This document shows positions 56,343 through 64,000 of a stretch of 64,000 nt of DNA, piece after piece. Under the pieces are notes generated by a model. The model was not told where the DNA came from, did no database searches, and saw only the letters and a list, made by a program, of their open reading frames with translations. Within the stretch, counting starts at the first letter, position 1; the number at the start of each line of letters is the position of its first letter. This DNA is from the human T2T-CHM13v2.0 reference genome, Homo sapiens: the NCBI RefSeq assembly GCF_009914755.1, contig NC_060930.1, one strand, 5' to 3'. The position numbers and the translations under genes are program-made.

Positions 56343-56947
56343 GTAAGGGTTCCCTGCAGCTCTTTCCTTGAAAGACAAATATTTATGTTTGAAAGCTAAA
56401 GTATCTTTATACTACTTGACTCCAAAATTGTCCTGGTCAGGCTGAATACCATCATGTTAAAAAAAAAAAAAAAAAAAGAGACTAATAATTTGAAACTTTG
56501 TATTAATTTTATTGACTTCATGTTCCATTTGTATTGAAAGCAATAAATAATAATTCCATCCTCATTCCTTTCTAAAAAATAAATACTAAATATGAAAATT
56601 AGACCAAGTTGTTTTTTAACTACCCTTTAGACATCATCATCATCATAATAGAATAGAGAGTTATTTTTATTATAGGGAAAAAATTATGTTTTCTAGGTTG
56701 CTTTGTTTGGGCTAGTTTTCAGATAATAACCAATTGACCATATAAAAAGCTAGTTTGTGTTTAAAATAAAGGATACTTCATAATAAGGAGGAAATATTAT
56801 TCCTGTTCCAAAAATTTAATGTGGGCCCAAAGCCTATTTGTAGATTCCTACAGGCTTTCAAAGTTTTTATTTACTTAATAGACAAAAAAATTATGAGATT
56901 GAACATTAGTTAATCACCATTTTAATTATTCTGTTCTCTTGTTTCAG

Positions 56948-57116
56948 GGACCAAAAGCAAAACCTTTAAATACTTCATCTAAAAAATGGGGCTCTTTTTT
57001 TATTGATTCAGTTTTGGGACTGGAAAATACAGAAGACTCCTTGGTTTATACATGGTCTTGTAAGAGAATCAGTACTTACAGCACTATTGCAATTCCAAGT
57101 ATTGAAGCAATCGCAG
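56948..57116 (+). CDS. NT5DC1: NT5DC1 coding exon (probably exon 11): GPKAKPLNTSSKKWGSFFIDSVLGLENTEDSLVYTWSCKRISTYSTIAIPSIEAIA
   Basis: Acceptor ctcttgtttcag|G; donor GCAG|gtaagg; 169 nt, phase 0 to 1; overlaps ORF 56939-57163. Confidence 0.94.
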
Positions 57117-57734
57117 GTAAGGGGGAAAATACCTATAAAGCTTCACCTGTTACTAGACAATAATGACCAGTACTAGAATTCTTGTCTTTAAGAAAAAGAA
57201 ATGTTGCCACAACATTGATTTATCTTTGGGGAAAAATCTTCTAGATATGGAACCTAGGTAATTAGGACCAGCACTTCTGTGGGAGGCAACTACAAAAGCT
57301 CAACAATTTTTTTTTTAAGTCAGCTTGGAGGCATATTATAAAATTAGGGAAAGAGTTACCAGGACAAGCTGCTGAGGAGGCCCAGTAAGGTGAACCTGGC
57401 ATTTGAGGCTGCTTTTCCCCCTGGGTATTTGCTGATTCCGGAGGCGGCACCACAGAGGGTGAGTGGGCCTTTCAGTAACTTCATGAATCTACAGGAATAG
57501 GAACTGGAGGAGAGGGCCTGCCTAAGGAGGGTGGGTCTGGTGAACTCCCTCAATCTATGTTGAGGCCTTGAAGGGCTTTACTTTAGAATAAGGATAAATT
57601 GAGAAGAAATCTCCATTTTCACAGGGACTAAAACTCAGCTTGAAATCAGCTAAATACCTAAAATTGGATTGAGGAGATTTCAGATTATTAGTGCCCCTGC
57701 GCACCTGGTAGAAACAAATATAGATTCTCTTTTG

Positions 57735-58224
57735 AGGAAGATAACATCATTCTAGGACTCAAATTATTTCTAAAAACAATTCATATAAAATTCAGTGCAT
57801 AATGAAAAATAGCCGGGCACATAAAGATATGAGACCACACTAACAGAAATAACCATGTTAATTATAGTCAAATACAGAAAAGGAAGGAATGAGAAATTTG
57901 GTAGAGACAAAAACTATTGTATAAACTGTGGTATAAAAAGAATGGAGATTGTAGAATTTAAATATTTAAAAAATGAAATTAAGAACTTAACAGATGGATT
58001 TAACAGCGAATTAGACACAGATGAAAAGTCAGTGCACTGGAAATTAGGTCAAAAGAACATATTTGGAATGAAGCAGTAAGAGAAAAATCATAAAAGATAC
58101 AGAAGAGAGGCTGAGACATAAAAGATATAGTGAGAAGGAGTAAGATTTCAGGTAAGATATGCACTGAATTTTATGTGAATTGTTTTTAGAAATAATTTGA
58201 GTCCTAGAATGATGTTATCTTCCT
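57735..58224. repeat. 67-bp inverted repeat (arms 57735-57801 and 58158-58224; 356-bp spacer; 1 mismatch)
   Basis: aggaagataacatcattctaggactcaaattatttctaaaaacaattcatataaaattcagtgcata versus its reverse complement. Confidence 0.95.
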
Positions 58225-58520
58225 TCTGTATTCTTGGGTTTCACATTTTCGGATTCAACCAATTGTGGATAAAAATTATTCAGAGGAAAAAAATAATAAA
58301 ACAATACAACAATTTAAAATGTTACAAATTTTTAAAAATATAGTATAATAACTATTTACATAGCATTTACATTGTATTGGATATTAAGTAATCTAGTGAT
58401 GAATTAAAGTATACAGGAAGATGTATGTAGGTTTAATGCAAATATTATGCCATTTTCTGACTTGAGCATGCACAGGCTTTGGTATCCACAGGGGTCCCCT
58501 GCAGTTACTGAGGGGCATCT
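58222..58520 (-). mobile_element. MER2 (Tigger-derived), left terminus missing
   Basis: ggattcaaccaattgtggat... gacttgagcatg...ttggtatccacaggggtcc. Confidence 0.8.
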
Positions 58521-58751
58521 GTGATTGGAGTCCCAGGAGAAGAGAGAATAAGTGAGATGAGAGAAAATGATGGGGAAAAAAATAAGCCAAAGGTTTAAGA
58601 AGCCCAAAGAAATGAAACAAAATGAAGAAAAAATAAATTCAGAGTTAACTGCTAAATGCCAAAGATAATTAAATATTAAAAGCAATCAAGAGCATAAATA
58701 TAGATTAAATAACAGATTGACATCTGACTTATCAGAAACAGAGGAGAGTCA

Positions 58752-59163
<412 letters not shown>

Positions 59164-59634
59164 TTAGACAGGGAATAATAGAGAAAATGTATGTCCAGAA
59201 ACCTGCACTAAAGGAAATAAAGATTATTATTCTCCAGGTACAATTAAAAATAATTCATGTCAGAAGACTGGAGATGCAAGAAGAATGTATATAAGTATAT
59301 GGTGTAAGTATATGAATAAAAAATGAATGCTTACTGTTTGAAACAATAAAAATTAAAGTCCCATGGGATTTACATAGAGAATTAAAATGCCTGACAGTAA
59401 TGGCATATATATGCCAGAGTGGGGCAGCAAAAATTAACATGTTCTAACATGCTAGAATTAAACAATTAAGGATAAGACTATGTTCAGTATTGATGTCAGA
59501 AATGCATGTTGTAATCTCAAAAATAACTCTCAAGAGAATTGTGATGATATACATATACCAAGCTAATATGTAAAATAATTTAAGAATCTAAAAGAAAACA
59601 AAGGAGATGAGAGAATATTAAGAATCAGCAAGAC

Positions 59635-59978
<344 letters not shown>

Positions 59979-60058
59979 TTAAACCTGAAGTAATTACATT
60001 AAATGTATGTGACCAAATACTCCAATTAATAGCCAATTTTAAAAAAATAACAATACCC

Positions 60059-60335
60059 GGCAGGGCACGGTGGCTCAACGCCTTGTAATCCTTGCACTTT
60101 GGGAGGCGGAGGCGGGCGGATCACGAGGTCAGGAGATCGAGACCATCTTGGCTAACACGGTGAAACCCCATCTCTACTAAAAAATACAAAAAATTAGCCG
60201 GGTATGGTGGCGGGCGCCTGTGGGAGGCTGAGGTAGGAGAATGGCGTGAACCCGGGAGGCGGAGATTGCGCCACTGCACTCCAGCCTGGGCAACAGAGCA
60301 AGACTCTTGTCTCAAAATAAAAATAAAAAAATAAA
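60059..60335 (+). mobile_element. AluY with two right-arm deletions
   Basis: AluY diagnostics; TSD aaaataacaataccc. Confidence 0.93.
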
Positions 60336-61880
60336 AATAACAATACCCAATTATAGGTTGTTTATAAGAGATATATCTGAGACATAAGGATTCAGAAAGT
60401 TTGAAAGTTTAAATATCAAAAGACGGACGAAATAATACCATGCTAACAGTAACCAAAAAAAAAAAAAGAGAGAGAGAGAGTGGCTGCATTAATATGAAAC
60501 AAAGTAGATATTAAGGGGAAAAATGATTAGCATGAGAGAGATCACTTCATAATTATAAACTCCTAGTTCTCAGAAATATATAACTGCCAGTCTAAGATAC
60601 TCACAAAGTCCCCTCTCCTCTCTCAGGTCAGAACTTAATCTTTCCATTTTCACAATACCAAGAAAATGCCTAAAAAAGAAAACATCCACTCTCCTTTATA
60701 GAGGCATATGCTTTCCGCTTGGATTCTTAGTTTCCAAATTTCCTTCAGCATTTGGCAAAGGGTTTGAGGAGACAACCAGCAGAGTCCAGTTCTCTGACCC
60801 TTCCTTTACAGTGGTCCTAGCCCCTCAATTTTTGTCTCTGCAGCCCTGCAAGACTGTCAAAATCTCTACTGGTTTTTCTGCTGCTTGTAGTAGCCCTTAC
60901 CACCAGCCAGAATTCCAGCACCAGAGGAGAAAAGCTGAGGCTTAGTGTTAGCTCCTCTCTCCGCTGGTTCCTCCTTCCCAAGAATTGTGCCTCAAGTCTT
61001 GGTTGCCTCTTTAGCTCTCTGGTGACACTTCAGTCTCGTGTTTATATTTTATCCAGATTTTCCAGTTGAAGTTAGAAGTCTAGTTAATTTTTTTGAACTT
61101 CCGATTCTTCTTCCTTAAATTGAAGAAAGTTGCCATGTTGTATGTATTAAAATTCTTATTTAGCTAAGCATTTGAAGATTATTCTTAGTAACCCTCGTCC
61201 TGTGACTATGAAGAAGATTATTAGGTCTCATTCACCAGTTTTACATGATCCTCTGAGGAGGGCCTGGGAGTTTTTTTTAAATTTTTATTCAGATAAGCTT
61301 TCATATTTTTGTATTAACTTCTGTGCAGAGTATTAAAATTAAACTCACATAGAGCTCGGGATGATTTGAGATATCTCTAAATGTGATTTGACTTAAACAT
61401 TATTATAAATTGCATAGAGAAAGATATCTAACTCTTCATCCTAAGTGACCTTTGATAGACCTTTTCTGTAATATGGGAGAAAGAATAAAATTAAATTGTT
61501 TTAAATGAGATAGGAAGTGAAAAATAACCTGGTACATCCCTTTTGCCTCTTAAAACCTTTTTATATTCAAGTAATGTTTCTATACTTGTGGATATTCTGT
61601 TAGACATGGTTATCTCATTCACATTTAAATGCCTAGAAGCCTTTTTTATAGCTGTTGTAAAAGTTTGTCTTTATTAGCCATATGTATTACAATGGTGGTT
61701 GGTTTATACACATTTTTAACCTTATAATAATAGCTACACACAGACCTACTGAAGGAGCAAAAGAAATATTAAAATTTTACGTCTAAAAAATAAGTTTTAT
61801 TAGTGAATATCAAGTTTTGATTTGTTTATGAAAGGCATTCAGAGACCTGTGCAATAATTAAATTTTTTTTTCCTCCCCAG

Positions 61881-61996
61881 AATTACCTCTGGACTACAAA
61901 TTTACAAGATTCTCTTCAAGCAATTCAAAAACAGCTGGCTACTATCCAAATCCTCCACTGGTCTTATCAAGTGATGAGACACTGATATCCAAATAA
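61881..61996 (+). CDS. NT5DC1: NT5DC1 terminal coding exon (probably exon 12): (E)LPLDYKFTRFSSSNSKTAGYYPNPPLVLSSDETLISK*
   Basis: Strong acceptor tttttttttcctccccag|A; phase 1 continues the frame; TAA at 61994-61996. The six exons total 839 coding nt. Confidence 0.94.
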
Positions 61997-62294
61997 GTTG
62001 TCTTTACTGAAAAATGAAGTGAAGACCCATATATGCAGTTAAAAAAAAGTTAATTTTCAAAAAATACTGTAAAAGACTTTAAGGAACAAGTTTTATTGAC
62101 CAATAAGTTGATATTTGTCCATAGGTCTCCTTTCTATAAATCATCTTGATGTTTAACAACTCTTATTATATTAAAATCTCAGTATCCTAAAACTTAGAAC
62201 CTTATTGATATTTTCTATACAGTAGTTTTGTGATTAGAATTCACCTGGGGACACACACTCACACGCACAGTCACTCTTACACATATGCCTAGTC

Positions 62295-62477
62295 CAGTGG
62301 TTCTCAAAGTGTGATCCATAGACTAATAGCATAGCATTACCTGAGAACTTGATAATGCATATTTGCAGGCCCCACGCAAAACCTGCTGAATCAGAAGCTC
62401 TGAGAGTAAGGCCTACCAATCTGGTTTAACAAGCCCGTCAGGTGATTCTGATTTACAGTACAGTTTGAGACCCACTG
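62295..62477. mobile_element. MER5A in the 3' UTR
   Basis: cagtggttctcaaagtgtg ... tttgagacccactg termini. Confidence 0.85.
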
Positions 62478-63642
62478 GCTAGAACATATCCTCCAGAGAC
62501 TTGGCTTAATTGGTCTGGGTAAATATGGCTGAGAGTTGTTATCTTTTGTTATCTTTTATATGCCCTAGGAAAGTACAACCAGAATTGAAAACCAACTGAT
62601 CTATACCAGTTCTTTCAATTAATAGTCAAGAACATTGAGTCCAGTGAGATTAAGTGATTTTTGCAGGCTATGAGGTTTTATGCTATTCCTGTGTTCTCCA
62701 AAACAAGAAAATAAAAAGACATGACTTATTCTCTGTTCATACAGCAAGTATGGAAAAAAGATGATCTAGAAGTCAACTATCTCAACCTCCATTGTTACCC
62801 ACTAGGTTTTTTTCTAATAATGTTAAAGGCTATTTAATTTATTTAATCAACTTTAAGCATTACATTCTCAATTGGGGACAAAAATTGGTTCTTGGGGTGA
62901 AAAAATATTAGATATGGCTTGTGGACTTCCAATATCATCCTATCCAACAAAATCTTATTCCTTAGTATTAATTTATCTCATTGGGAAGAAATTTGTAGTT
63001 AAAACTATTTAATGTAATTTGAATTTAATTTCTGTAATTGGGAAGGAGGGTAATAATGAACAAAAAGTTTGAGAAAAAAATGCTTTAATGGGTTTTACAG
63101 GCATGCTACAATCCAGGACTGTGGTGTTCTATGTGCCGTGTATGGTCATATTAGTAGCTATTTGTTGCAAGATACTTGAAGCCAAATGTTTGCAGTATAG
63201 GTTCCTGGCTACTGTTTATGCTGTGATTTCACTCTGTCTATCATGGGCAGTATTAGAAAACACACTGGTTTTCACTATCTGGTTTACAAACACTATCATT
63301 ATTTTACCTGGATTGAAGTGCAGAATTTGGCATATCGATGCATGCAATGGAAAGAAAAAAAATTTGTTAAAATTTGTAAATGTTCAGCTAAATCTCAGAT
63401 ATACTGTGGGATGAGTATCTCAGGGTAAGTAACAAAAAAACAAACAAAAAAAATCACTGAAATTTTTCCCTCACAGTCAGTAGCTTTGTTTGATATTTAA
63501 CAATAAGTATATGGTGATATACTTGAAATTTATGTCCAGAATGTCACTGGAATATTACAATGAGCATAAATAATCAAGCTTAGGACTAAATGAAAGATAC
63601 TATCTCATGTATGCTTTAAATAGAGAATTTATTTCTTTTAAA

Positions 63643-63648
63643 AATAAA
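63643..63648 (+). terminator. Candidate polyadenylation signal AATAAA
   Basis: AATAAA with a U-rich upstream tract, upstream TGTA at ~63608 and U/GU-rich downstream sequence. Confidence 0.55.
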
Positions 63649-64000
63649 GCTATTTTTCCTTATCCATGTTTACTCTGTAAATGGCAAATAATACATCTTT
63701 AAATGCTTATGAACTACTGTTAATATGAAAAATGAGAAGTCCAAAATAAGAAATAACTGCACTTTTTGGGCCACTTGAGTAGTGGCGGGGGTTCAGGAGG
63801 CAGAATTCAGTTGTCAGAAGTTCTAGTATTCCCTTTATCATTCCACCTAAAGACCCTGAACAAGTTACCACCAAATTTGGCTTCAGTTTTTTCCATCTTA
63901 TGAAAGGAAAAGTTTAGTTTATTTCTAAATTTCCTTCCTTTCTAGCAGTCAGTATTTCTTCTAATGAATGTTTTTTTTCTGTAATTAGAAAGACTATAAT

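Larger units (their letters stand above)
61997..63670 (+). other. NT5DC1: NT5DC1 3' UTR (end uncertain; may extend past the window)
   Basis: Follows the stop codon; AU-rich; poly(A) hexamers at 62170, 62710 and 63643. Confidence 0.65.

Noticed and set aside
56019-56399. 126-aa ORF extending a coding exon on both sides
   Set aside because: Explained by the true exon 56181-56342 plus chance open intron flanks; the start is not ATG.
56459-56477. A19 run as a possible transcript end
   Set aside because: Genomic homopolymer; would cause oligo-dT internal priming rather than true polyadenylation.

Overview
Primate genomic DNA, human or a very close ape (AluY/S/J, L1PA, L1PB and MER107-type repeats). 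The window holds the 3' half of NT5DC1 (HAD-superfamily 5'-nucleotidase domain-containing 1) on the + strand. Six coding exons splice cleanly in frame with GT-AG boundaries: 39040-39214, 41020-41117, 54960-55078, 56181-56342, 56948-57116 and 61881-61996 (TAA). These are probably exons 7-12, followed by a 3' UTR. Bases 1-39039 are the distal part of a very large intron, which from recall hosts COL10A1 on the opposite strand upstream of this window; no collagen sequence is present here. The rest is mostly interspersed repeats, and most ORF-track entries outside the exons are repeat-derived or chance ORFs. The best unexplained signals are: (i) a CpG-retaining intronic RFX X-box/CRE/CCAAT module at ~47.4 kb with MHC-class-II-like X1-X2-Y geometry; (ii) a young, near-perfect 67-bp inverted duplication in the last intron; (iii) a 450-nt exon block flanked by inverted Alus that would give a stop-free circular ORF if back-spliced; (iv) a 44-bp L1PA insertion with a perfect 13-bp TSD. 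I found no evidence for a wholly new multi-gene system. Repeat subfamily names and boundaries were assigned by eye and are approximate.
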